From the NCBI GenBank assembly GCA_963776275.1, contig CAVZMI010000014.1, positions 64,001 to 128,000 on the forward strand: a stretch of DNA of 64,000 nucleotides, given 5' to 3'. Under the pieces are notes generated by a model that was given only the letters and a program-made list of their open reading frames with translations, was not told where the DNA came from and did not search any database. Shown here piece after piece: positions 1 through 9,281 of this stretch (the first letter of the stretch is position 1; each line of letters begins with the position of its first letter). The position numbers and the translations under genes were made by a program. This stretch comes from Ignavibacteriota bacterium. GTDB lineage: Bacteria > Bacteroidota > Ignavibacteria > UBA10030 > CAVZMI01.

Positions 1-35
1 GTTCTTAAATAAAAAAAATATTTGAGGGTCTATCA

Positions 36-707
36 ATGAATGATTTGGTTGAAAGAATTGGCCAAAGTGTTGAACGTGGAAAAATCAATAAGACATCGCC
101 TTATCCGAGTGACATGAAGGGTCTGGACGGTGCCGATGAGTTGACGCGTCAGGCTTTGGATGCAGCTGTCGGCCCTGATTTAATCCTGCAGGCATGCAAC
201 GATGGGATGAAGCGAATTGGAGCAAAATTCAGTAGAAATGAAGTATTTGTTCCGGAACTGTTGATGGCTGCCAAAGCCATGAAGGCAGTGATGGCCCACC
301 TTAAACCATTTTTCCAATCGGGCAGTGTTAAAGCGAAAGGGAAATTTATCATCGGTACCGTTGCAGGCGACCTGCATGACATTGGTAAGAATCTTGTGGC
401 AATGGTCGTAGAAGGCAATGGCTGGGAAGTCATAGATCTTGGCGTCGATGTTAAACCGACAAAATTCATTGAGACCATAAAAGAAAATCCCGGTTGTGCA
501 GTCGGCCTGAGCGCCCTGCTGACGACGACCATGGCTAACATGTCGAAAACGGTCGAAGAAATCAGGGCTCAATTTCCTGCAATAAAAGTTATCGTTGGGG
601 GCGCACCCGTTACTATGGAAGCCGCCTTGAAAATGGGTGCAAATGGATATTCGCCCAATCCGCAGGGTGCAGTTGCATTTCTTGATAAAGTTAATATTCC
701 CGGATAA
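36..707 (+). CDS. Corrinoid (cobalamin-binding) protein, MtaC/MetH B12-domain-like
   Basis: B12 cap motif 'F..NEVFVPELLMAAKAM', DxHxxG motif (GDLHDIGKNLV), SALLTTT and VIVGGAPVT motifs; RBS-like gaggg upstream. Confidence 0.93.
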   Translation: MNDLVERIGQSVERGKINKTSPYPSDMKGLDGADELTRQALDAAVGPDLILQACNDGMKRIGAKFSRNEVFVPELLMAAKAMKAVMAHLKPFFQSGSVKAKGKFIIGTVAGDLHDIGKNLVAMVVEGNGWEVIDLGVDVKPTKFIETIKENPGCAVGLSALLTTTMANMSKTVEEIRAQFPAIKVIVGGAPVTMEAALKMGANGYSPNPQGAVAFLDKVNIPG

Positions 708-724
708 ATCATTATAGTGTAAAA

Positions 725-1609
725 ATGAGATCTCTGCTCGCAGCACTCAAAAATAGAAAAATTCTGGTCTCTGACGGGGCATGGGGTACTTTCCTGCATC
801 AACGCGGGTTGCCGCCTGGAGAATGTCCGGAGTTATGGAATATCACGCATCGTGACGATGTCTTCGCAATTGCAAAAAGTTATATCGATGCGGGCGCTGA
901 CATGATCCTGACAAACAGTTTTGGCGGCAGTCCATTGAAACTTGAACATTATGGCCTAAAAAATCGGGCTGCAGAGCTTAACGAAGTCGCCGCAGCAATC
1001 TCGAGAGGTGCGGCAGGAGAAAGCCATCTCGTGCTCGGCTCCATCGGGCCGACCGGCGCAGTGTTGATGATGGGGCAGGTTTCTGAACAAGAATTATATG
1101 ATGGTTTTTTTATTCAGGCTGAATCGCTGAAAAAAGGCGGGGTGGATGCAATATGCGTTGAGACTATGTCTGCAATTGATGAAGCGTGCCTGGCTATACG
1201 CGCAGCCAGAGAAGCCACCGGACTTGAAGTTGTCTGCACATTTACATTCGAAAGAACCGTCGCCGGTGAATACCGCACGATGATGGGCGTTTCTCCCGTT
1301 GAAATGGTGCATGCGGTTAAGGATGCGGGAGCTGCGATTATCGGGACCAACTGTGGTAATGGATTTGACCAGATGATTGATATTGTTAATGAAATCAGAG
1401 AAGTGGACCGGTCAACACCGGTGCTTGTTCATGCCAATGCCGGAAAACCCACGCTTAGTGATGGTAAAACAGTCTTTCCGGAAACACCGGAAATGATGGC
1501 GGCAAAAGTTCGAGACCTGATAAAAAGCGGAGCCAATATAATCGGCGGCTGTTGCGGTACAACGCCGGCTCATATCCGGGCGCTGGCGAACGAAATAAAA
1601 AAGTACTGA
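725..1609 (+). CDS. Homocysteine S-methyltransferase domain protein (stand-alone MetH Hcy-binding domain)
   Basis: DGAWGT N-terminal motif, AGADMILTNSFG, Zn-ligand motifs GTNCG and IIGGCCGTTP. Confidence 0.92.
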   Translation: MRSLLAALKNRKILVSDGAWGTFLHQRGLPPGECPELWNITHRDDVFAIAKSYIDAGADMILTNSFGGSPLKLEHYGLKNRAAELNEVAAAISRGAAGESHLVLGSIGPTGAVLMMGQVSEQELYDGFFIQAESLKKGGVDAICVETMSAIDEACLAIRAAREATGLEVVCTFTFERTVAGEYRTMMGVSPVEMVHAVKDAGAAIIGTNCGNGFDQMIDIVNEIREVDRSTPVLVHANAGKPTLSDGKTVFPETPEMMAAKVRDLIKSGANIIGGCCGTTPAHIRALANEIKKY

Positions 1610-2361
1610 TGAATATTATTATGCCTCAAGCCGAACGACCAGATGAGATTGTTGAAGTCCCAATAGACTTCAACGATCTTACAGTAAGCAAAAATGAGAT
1701 TGAGTTTTCACTTGGATATTCCGAAGATAAAATTCCATCGCATTTTGAAGAAATGATAGATGATATTCTATCGCAGTTATCGGGACGTTGTGAAATAAGT
1801 GCCGGATACCGGATCGTCGATGTCAAAAAGCCTGTTGACCGGTATGACGGTCTATATGTCGGAGGTAAGTTTTTCAAGATGCAAAAGATCGTTACCGGTC
1901 AGCTCAGGAAAGCCGAAAAGGCGGCGTTATTTGTCTGTACCATCGGACCAAAAATGGAAACATGGGCCAGACAACTTATGCAGAATGGTGATACTGTGGC
2001 AAGTCATATCGTTGATACAATCGCGTCGGAGGTAGTAGAAAGTGCGACCGATATATTGCATGATCGTATAGAGCAACAAATGCGGGTACATGGGATGAGC
2101 GTAACCAATAGATACAGCCCGGGTTATTGTGACTGGTCGGTATCTGAACAACATTTGCTCTTTTCATTTCTCCCGGCAAATTTTTGTGGCATAAAATTAA
2201 CGGAATCCGCACTGATGGTGCCGATTAAATCTATCAGTGGTATTATCGGAGTCGGTGCAACAGTCAAGCGTGCAGACTACATATGCGATCGATGTGGAAT
2301 AAAAGACTGCACTTATCGGGCGTTCCTTTTAGCGCGAAACCAGCGTATCATTCATAAATAA
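1609..2361 (+). CDS. Vitamin B12-dependent methionine synthase activation (AdoMet-binding) domain protein
   Basis: RYSPGYCDW motif, LTES.LM.P.KS.SG motif, C-terminal CxxC-x4-C; ATG at 1609 overlaps the upstream TGA (tgatg). Confidence 0.88.
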   Translation: MNIIMPQAERPDEIVEVPIDFNDLTVSKNEIEFSLGYSEDKIPSHFEEMIDDILSQLSGRCEISAGYRIVDVKKPVDRYDGLYVGGKFFKMQKIVTGQLRKAEKAALFVCTIGPKMETWARQLMQNGDTVASHIVDTIASEVVESATDILHDRIEQQMRVHGMSVTNRYSPGYCDWSVSEQHLLFSFLPANFCGIKLTESALMVPIKSISGIIGVGATVKRADYICDRCGIKDCTYRAFLLARNQRIIHK

Positions 2362-2395
2362 ATTCATATCGAATTATAGGGAAAGAACAAATAGA

Positions 2396-3420
2396 ATGAC
2401 AGATCGACAGTGGGAAATGCTGAAGAGCGTCATTAAAGGTGAAATTCTAGATCCTTTTCCAGTCGGCTTTATTATTGATTCTCCATGGTTGCCGAACTGG
2501 TGCGGGATCAGGATACTCGATTATTTTTCGAATGATGAATTATGGTTTGATGCAAATATGAAGGTGCTTACCAAGTTTCCGGATGTAATTTTTTTACCCG
2601 GATTCTGGTCGGAATTTGGTATGTGCACGGAACCGTCGGCTTTCGGGTCCGCTGCACGTTTCCATCGAACGAGTTCCCTCATCCACATAAATTAATCCAA
2701 TCAGTTGATGAGATCGATTCATTGCCTTTACCGAATCCCAGAACGGACGGTCTGTTGCCGTTTGTGCTGAATCGATTGAAACTTGCACAATCAAAAATTG
2801 AGAGAGCGGGTCACAGGATTCGCTTTGCCGTCGCCCGCGGACCCCTGAATATCGCCAGCTTCCTGATGGGTTCGACAGAATTTCTAACGACCATGATGAT
2901 GCAGCCGGAGAAAGCCGAAGAACTCATGAAAAAGGTTACCGCTTTTCTTAAAGACTGGCTGCATCTGCAAATGGAGACATTTCCTTCTATCGATGGTATT
3001 TTTTTGCTCGATGACATCATCGGTTTTTTAGGTGAAACGGAATTTTGCACATTCGGTTTGCCATTTTTTAAGGAATTATTTGATGTTAACGTTTCTCTAA
3101 AATTATTACATAACGACGCACACTGCAAAGTATCTGCACCGTATCTGCCTGAGATGGGCGTTAACATGTTTAACATGGGTTTTGATATCACACTCAACGA
3201 AATAAAACAATTGACAAAGAACAAAATAGCATTAATCGGGAACATTCCTCCGAGAGATGTTCTTGCAAGCGGTGATATCACCAAAATAACAAAGACGACC
3301 ATGGATCTGGTTGATTCTCTGAAGGATAAATCGAAAGTTATTTTTTCGTGTGGTGGCGGTATGCCGCCGGGTGTAAGTACTGAAAGTATAACGGCTTTCA
3401 TTAATGCGACCAGAAAATAA
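2396..3420 (+). CDS. Uroporphyrinogen decarboxylase-family (MtaA/CmuA-like) methyltransferase; one-base frameshift near 2645
   Basis: ORFs 2396-2695 and 2623-3420 join if one G is added at ttcggg|tccgc; motifs RGPLNIASFLMG, GNIPPRDVL, IFSCGGGM typical of the URO-D/MtaA fold. Confidence 0.8.
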
Positions 3421-3428
3421 GCAGGCAA

Positions 3429-5381
3429 ATGAAATCACAAATATTGAATATATCATTGGTAGTCGGGTTACTGATTTTAATAAATGTCGCTTGTGGTTAC
3501 AGTAAAGAAAACCGTATTGATAGTCCTAACGGCTTTGTCAGAGTTGAGCTGAATTTGAACGATCAGGGGACACCTGAATTCAACGTTTTGTTTTCAGAAA
3601 ACCCTGTTATGAAAAATAATCGTCTGGGTCTGATCAGGGACGATGGTGATTTTTCAAAAAACCTCCGCATGATATCGGTTTCATCGACAGAGGAAATTGA
3701 AGATCAATACACTCTCCTGTCGGGGAAAAAAAATAATTGTACATATCGGGGAAACAGAAAAGTCTTCCATTTTAAGAACAGGGAAGATGAAGAATTTGAT
3801 ATTATTTTTCAGGTTTCAAATGATGGCGTTGCATTCCGGTACTATTTCCCGGGGAAAAACGGTGAAATTAAAAGGATAAGCGACGAGCTCACACGCTTCA
3901 GTTTTGACGACAACACACATGCATGGATTCAACCGATGTCGGCAGCAAAGTCGGGATGGAATTCAGTGAATCCCTGTTACGAAGAGCATTACTTCCACGA
4001 TATCAATATCGTGAAGTTACCCGATAACGAACCCGGATGGGTATTTCCTGCATTATTTAAATCGGGAAATTACTGGATTGTGCTGGCTGAAACCGCTCCG
4101 GATCGCAATTATTGCGCATGCAGGCTAATCCACGATAGCACCGGTTTTAAGATCGGATTTCCACAAAAAGCTGAAGTCTTCCCGGGAGGTTCCCTTAACC
4201 CCGAATCGAAAATACCCTGGTATACGCCGTGGCGAATTATTACACTCGCCGACAATCTCAGGACTCTGGTAGAATCCACTCTGGGCACCGATCTAGCGAA
4301 ACCGTCTGTACTCTCGGATATTTCATTTGTAAAGCCCGGCAGATCATCGTGGAGCTGGGTATTGTTTAAGGATGATTCGACTGTTTTTCATGTGCAGAAA
4401 AGATTTGTCGATTATGCCGCCGATATGGGTTGGGAGTATTGTCTGGTTGATGCCGACTGGGACCGGAAAATCGGTTATGAAAAACTCGGTGAACTCTGTA
4501 ATTATGCGGCATCGAAGGGCATCGGTATTACTGCCTGGTACAATTCAGCCGGCAGTTGGAACACCACACCATATACACCGCGCGATAAATTGCTTACGAA
4601 AGTACTTCGTGATACCGAATTTAAAAAATTAAGAGGCCTTGGAGTAAAGGGAATAAAGGTTGATTTTTTTGGTGCCGACGGCCAGTCGATGATAGTCTAT
4701 TATCAGGATATTATCGAAGATGCAGCCCGGAACGGACTCATGATAAATTGCCATGGTTCTACCATACCACGAGGATGGCAGCGCACCTATCCAAATCTTG
4801 TTTCGATGGAGGCGATCAGAGGATTTGAGTATATCACCTTTGAACAGCTTAATGCCGACAGGGAGGCCGGTCATTGCACAGTAATTCCATTTACACGCAA
4901 TCTTTTTGATCCGATGGATTTCACGCCGGTCTGTTTCAGTGAGGTACCGAACATTCAAAGAAAGACCACCAACAGCTTTGAACTGGCACTCTCGGTTCTG
5001 TTTCTCTCCGGCGTTCAGCATTTTGCCGAGGTTCCCGAAGGTATGGCTAAAGTCCCGCCTGAAGTTCGGCAATTCTTGAAAGACATCCCCTCTGCATGGG
5101 ATGAATCGAGATTCGTCGATGGGTATCCGGGGAAACATGTGGTTATCGCACGACGGAAAGCAGATGTATGGTATATCGGAGGGATCAACGGTGAACGGAT
5201 TGAAAAAACTCTCGATCTCGATGTGAGTTTTATCCGCAATCCCGGGAAAAATATTCTCATCACGTGCGGCAAGGACAACCGCTCCTTTACACTACGCAAC
5301 GAGAATCTTGATGGCACCCGTCCGTTAAAAATTACTTTGAAGCCGGATGATGGTTTTGTCTTTCGTATTTCAGGAAAATAA
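3429..5381 (+). CDS. Glycoside hydrolase family 97 (probable retaining alpha-galactosidase type)
   Basis: Signal peptide, SNDGVAFRY, TPWR, KPGRSSWSW, GIKVDFF (Asp nucleophile type), HG..PRGWQRTYPN, PMDFTP. Confidence 0.9.
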   Translation: MKSQILNISLVVGLLILINVACGYSKENRIDSPNGFVRVELNLNDQGTPEFNVLFSENPVMKNNRLGLIRDDGDFSKNLRMISVSSTEEIEDQYTLLSGKKNNCTYRGNRKVFHFKNREDEEFDIIFQVSNDGVAFRYYFPGKNGEIKRISDELTRFSFDDNTHAWIQPMSAAKSGWNSVNPCYEEHYFHDINIVKLPDNEPGWVFPALFKSGNYWIVLAETAPDRNYCACRLIHDSTGFKIGFPQKAEVFPGGSLNPESKIPWYTPWRIITLADNLRTLVESTLGTDLAKPSVLSDISFVKPGRSSWSWVLFKDDSTVFHVQKRFVDYAADMGWEYCLVDADWDRKIGYEKLGELCNYAASKGIGITAWYNSAGSWNTTPYTPRDKLLTKVLRDTEFKKLRGLGVKGIKVDFFGADGQSMIVYYQDIIEDAARNGLMINCHGSTIPRGWQRTYPNLVSMEAIRGFEYITFEQLNADREAGHCTVIPFTRNLFDPMDFTPVCFSEVPNIQRKTTNSFELALSVLFLSGVQHFAEVPEGMAKVPPEVRQFLKDIPSAWDESRFVDGYPGKHVVIARRKADVWYIGGINGERIEKTLDLDVSFIRNPGKNILITCGKDNRSFTLRNENLDGTRPLKITLKPDDGFVFRISGK

Positions 5382-6619
5382 TGGATAGAATTTTATACTC
5401 TGTTCTCCTTATCATCGTTCCGGTATTTTCTTCGTGCGGCATGCCTGTGATGACACAGGATTCGTCAGCCACCGAGGAAAAGCTCCGAACCATTGCCTCG
5501 ATGATACTCAGGGACGCGACATTCCAGTTTGTAGATCAGAAGAGCGGACAGCGATATCGCACTCCCCAAGATGCATCGCCGGATATTCAGATAGGGCTGG
5601 AAAGTCCCTATAACGATTGGCGGTACTGGAACGGCGTTCTGAATATCGCGATGATCAGACTGGCCGAAGTACTTCGTGAGCCGGCATATGCCGAATTTTC
5701 GTTCAGGAATATCGCTTTTAGCTTCGATCACTACCAATATTTTGAAAAGATGTATAAAGGCGAAGGGAAGTGGAACTATCCTTTCGGGCAGCGGTTCATC
5801 ATGGAAGAATTGGACGACTGCGGTGCTATGGGTGCAAGTGTCATTGAAGTGTACCGCCGTGATCCGCAGGATCGCTATCGCGCATATATCGATCAGGCTG
5901 CCGAACATATATCCGTAATACAAAATCGAATGGAGGATGGAACTCTTGTACGGTCGTTCCCGCGAAAATGGACACTCTGGGCGGATGATCTGTACATGGG
6001 ACTCTCGTTCCTGACTCGTATGGGTGAATTGACGGGTGAAAGCCGCTATTTCGACGATGCAGCCCGGCAGGTTATCAACTACCATAAATACCTTTTTGAC
6101 GGGGAGCTAGGACTCATGCATCATTGCTGGTATTCGGATCTCCAGCGTCCGGGTATTGCCTACTGGGGGCGTGCGAATGGGTGGGCACTGTTGGCACAAA
6201 TCGATTTACTCGATCGATTGCCGAACAATCATCCTCAGCGTGATACATTGCTCCTCCTTCTTCAACGACACATCAAAGGGATCGCACGGTATCAAAGCAG
6301 CGAAGGCCTGTGGCATCAACTGCTAGACAAACCAGATTCATTTCTGGAAACATCCTGCAGTGCGATGTTCACGTATGTGACGGCACGAGCCGTCAATAAA
6401 GGGTATATCGATGCGAGTTTTATTCCGGTCGCTCTGCAGGGATGGCAGGGAGTGATTTCGAAGATACATCCGGATGGACAGATCGAAGGTATTTGCACCG
6501 GAACCGGAGTCAGTGAGAATCTGCAATTCTACTATCAACGACCGACACCGCTCAATGATGTCCATGGTATTGGCGCGATATTGCTGGCCGGTACAGAGGT
6601 GCTGCAACTGCAAAAGTAA
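5381..6619 (+). CDS. GH105/GH88 unsaturated uronyl hydrolase, probable lipoprotein
   Basis: Lipobox-like FSSC, LWADDLYM, WGRANGW, GLWHQLLD, ETSCSAMF, HGIG; ATG overlaps the GH97 stop. Confidence 0.88.
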   Translation: MDRILYSVLLIIVPVFSSCGMPVMTQDSSATEEKLRTIASMILRDATFQFVDQKSGQRYRTPQDASPDIQIGLESPYNDWRYWNGVLNIAMIRLAEVLREPAYAEFSFRNIAFSFDHYQYFEKMYKGEGKWNYPFGQRFIMEELDDCGAMGASVIEVYRRDPQDRYRAYIDQAAEHISVIQNRMEDGTLVRSFPRKWTLWADDLYMGLSFLTRMGELTGESRYFDDAARQVINYHKYLFDGELGLMHHCWYSDLQRPGIAYWGRANGWALLAQIDLLDRLPNNHPQRDTLLLLLQRHIKGIARYQSSEGLWHQLLDKPDSFLETSCSAMFTYVTARAVNKGYIDASFIPVALQGWQGVISKIHPDGQIEGICTGTGVSENLQFYYQRPTPLNDVHGIGAILLAGTEVLQLQK

Positions 6620-6672
6620 TCCGTTCAGCGGATATTACAGATGTATATCTTTATTAGTCACTTTTGGATATT

Positions 6673-9195
6673 ATGATATTTACTCAAAGGCATCTATTGT
6701 TTTCCAAAGCAGGGAAATCGATTCTCCTTTTAATATCTAATCTTCTTTTTGTTGGATTCTGTCAAGCCCAAATTCCCGGAGTTGATCTGAAGTTAAATAA
6801 TCTCGGATATTTTGAAACACGTGGGCTCGATATACTGGTTTTCAATAACTGGTACGACAGCAATTTCGGCGATGCAAAAATGAGCGGAGTTGAAATTATC
6901 CATCATGGGGTGCGTACAGCAACCAACGGCGATGTGAGACTCAGCCCTACACCCGCACAATGGGATTCCATTCCGCGACTCGTAGAACGCAGAGTGAATA
7001 AAAAAGATAGTAGTATTGAAGTTTTTTTACAATATCCTGCATATGCCTTTGCTTACATGATCAAAGCCCAGGCACATGACGGAGGCATTCTTCTAAGCGT
7101 CAATCTTGAAAAACCGATACCTAAAGACCTTGAAGGTTGTGCCGGGTTCAATTTCGAATTTCTTCCTTCCGCGTATTTTGAAAAAACATATCTGGTGGAC
7201 GGTAAAAGCGGCATTTTCCCATTATATCCTACCGGACCCATGGAAGCAAAGGAGTCAGGTAAGGTTCAACCCTTGCCGATCGCCTCAGGGAAATCTTTTG
7301 TACTTGCCCCGGAAGATCCGGCTCGACGAATTACCATCAAAACCAAAGACAGCGAACTTCTTCTATATGATGGCCGCAACATGGCACAGAACGGCTGGTT
7401 TGTGATTCGCAGCCTTCTTCCTTCCGGAAAATCAGGTAAAGTAATCGAATGGTTTCTCGAAGCCGGTACAATTCCGGGCTGGACGCGGCCGCCGGTGATT
7501 GCGCATTCACAGATCGGATATCATCCCGATCAAATAAAAATTGCGGTGATTGAATTAGATAAAAACGATACTTCACTCCAGTCGGCGCGCTTGCTTCAGG
7601 TACGTGAGGATGGAGAATTCGTCGAAATATTTAAGGGCGATCTAAGAACTTGGGGCGGGTATCTCCGGTACAATTATTCTACCTTTGATTTCTCGTCCGT
7701 AAAAGAGAGCGGCCTGTACGTCATTGAATATAATTCAGTTCGAACAAAACCATTCAGAATAGCAGCCGACATTTATAAAAATGCATGGCACCCGACACTC
7801 GATATTTTTTTCCCGGTTCAGATGGATCATATGAGAGTCAGGGAAGCTTACCGGATTTGGCATGGTGCATCTCATCTTGACGATGCGTTACAGGCTCCGG
7901 TGAATCATGAACATTTCGATCTATATGCGCAGGGTCCGACAACGGATTCTCCGTATAAACCGGGCGAGCATATTCCCGGTTTAAATATCGGAGGCTGGTA
8001 TGATGCCGGCGATCACGATATCCGGACTCAGACTCAATATTATACAGTATTAAATCTGGTCCATGTGTGGGAGACTTTCGGTTTACGGCGGGATGAAACA
8101 ACAATAGACCAGAAAAAACGCTATGTGGAAATACATCATCCAGATGGAATTCCCGACCTTCTACAACAGATAGAGCATGGCGCGCTTGCTCTCATAGCTC
8201 AACATCGGGCTGTCGGTCACGCAATTCCAGGTATCATAGTGCCCGATCTCTCACAATATACGCATCTGGGCGACGCGGCATCAATTACGGACAATCTCGT
8301 ATACAATTCCAAGCTGAAACCGCTCGAGACCGATGGATTCACTAGCGGTACGTTCGATGATCGATGGGCATTTACCAGCAAATCTACTCCGTTGAATTAT
8401 GGCTCAATTGCTGCACTCGCCGCGGCGAGTCGCGCCCTTCATGGATACAATGACACGCTGGCTGATGAATGTCTGGCAACAGCAAGAAAAGCGTGGGACG
8501 AAGAACACAGCCATGAGCCGGATATTTTTTATCACGGGAACACCGCCGGAGGTTTGTTGGAGATAGAGGAAATGCAGGCGAGTGTCGAACTTTTACTCTG
8601 CACGAAAGAAACCAAGTACGCAGATAGAATAAACGAGCTGCTGCCAAAAATTGAAAATAGATTCGGTTTCATTGCCGGGATGGTTGTTCGCGCCATACCT
8701 TATATGGATGTGGCATATTCAAAAAATATTGAAGATCTTGTAAGGGACTACAAATATACTCTCGATAAGTTGAACGAACAGAATCCCTTCGGTGTCCCTA
8801 TTACCGCCGGTAACTGGGGAGGAGTAGGAGCAGTTATGGGATTTTCATTGACGAATTATTTTTTGCATAAATCTTTTCCCCAGATTATTGGAAAGGAATA
8901 TGTTTTTAATGGATTGAACTATATTTTTGGATGCCACCCGGGTTCCGACATTTCGTTCGTCTCGGGTATAGGAACTCAATCGAAGAGAATCGCCTATGGG
9001 AACAACCGTGCTGATTATTCATTCATTGCCGGCGGCATAGTTCCGGGAGTCCTTATTCTTAAGCCGGATTTCCCCGAAAATAAAGAAGATTGGCCCTTCC
9101 TGTGGGGAGAGAATGAATATGTAATCAGTATGGGATCAATTTATATTTATCTGGTAAATGCAGCAAACGAATTATTGAACAGTACTGGGGATTGA
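6673..9195 (+). CDS. Glycoside hydrolase family 9 with N-terminal accessory and Ig-like domains
   Basis: Signal peptide, SQIGY (CelD_N), GGWYDAGD catalytic motif, NYIFGCHP, ENEY near the C-terminus. Confidence 0.85.
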   Translation: MIFTQRHLLFSKAGKSILLLISNLLFVGFCQAQIPGVDLKLNNLGYFETRGLDILVFNNWYDSNFGDAKMSGVEIIHHGVRTATNGDVRLSPTPAQWDSIPRLVERRVNKKDSSIEVFLQYPAYAFAYMIKAQAHDGGILLSVNLEKPIPKDLEGCAGFNFEFLPSAYFEKTYLVDGKSGIFPLYPTGPMEAKESGKVQPLPIASGKSFVLAPEDPARRITIKTKDSELLLYDGRNMAQNGWFVIRSLLPSGKSGKVIEWFLEAGTIPGWTRPPVIAHSQIGYHPDQIKIAVIELDKNDTSLQSARLLQVREDGEFVEIFKGDLRTWGGYLRYNYSTFDFSSVKESGLYVIEYNSVRTKPFRIAADIYKNAWHPTLDIFFPVQMDHMRVREAYRIWHGASHLDDALQAPVNHEHFDLYAQGPTTDSPYKPGEHIPGLNIGGWYDAGDHDIRTQTQYYTVLNLVHVWETFGLRRDETTIDQKKRYVEIHHPDGIPDLLQQIEHGALALIAQHRAVGHAIPGIIVPDLSQYTHLGDAASITDNLVYNSKLKPLETDGFTSGTFDDRWAFTSKSTPLNYGSIAALAAASRALHGYNDTLADECLATARKAWDEEHSHEPDIFYHGNTAGGLLEIEEMQASVELLLCTKETKYADRINELLPKIENRFGFIAGMVVRAIPYMDVAYSKNIEDLVRDYKYTLDKLNEQNPFGVPITAGNWGGVGAVMGFSLTNYFLHKSFPQIIGKEYVFNGLNYIFGCHPGSDISFVSGIGTQSKRIAYGNNRADYSFIAGGIVPGVLILKPDFPENKEDWPFLWGENEYVISMGSIYIYLVNAANELLNSTGD

Positions 9196-9281
9196 CAATA
9201 AAAATAAAAGAGAAGTTCTGCCAGGGAAAAATAAAATTTCTATTGGGGGAGAACAACCTGACAAGAGAAGGGGAGATTAAC

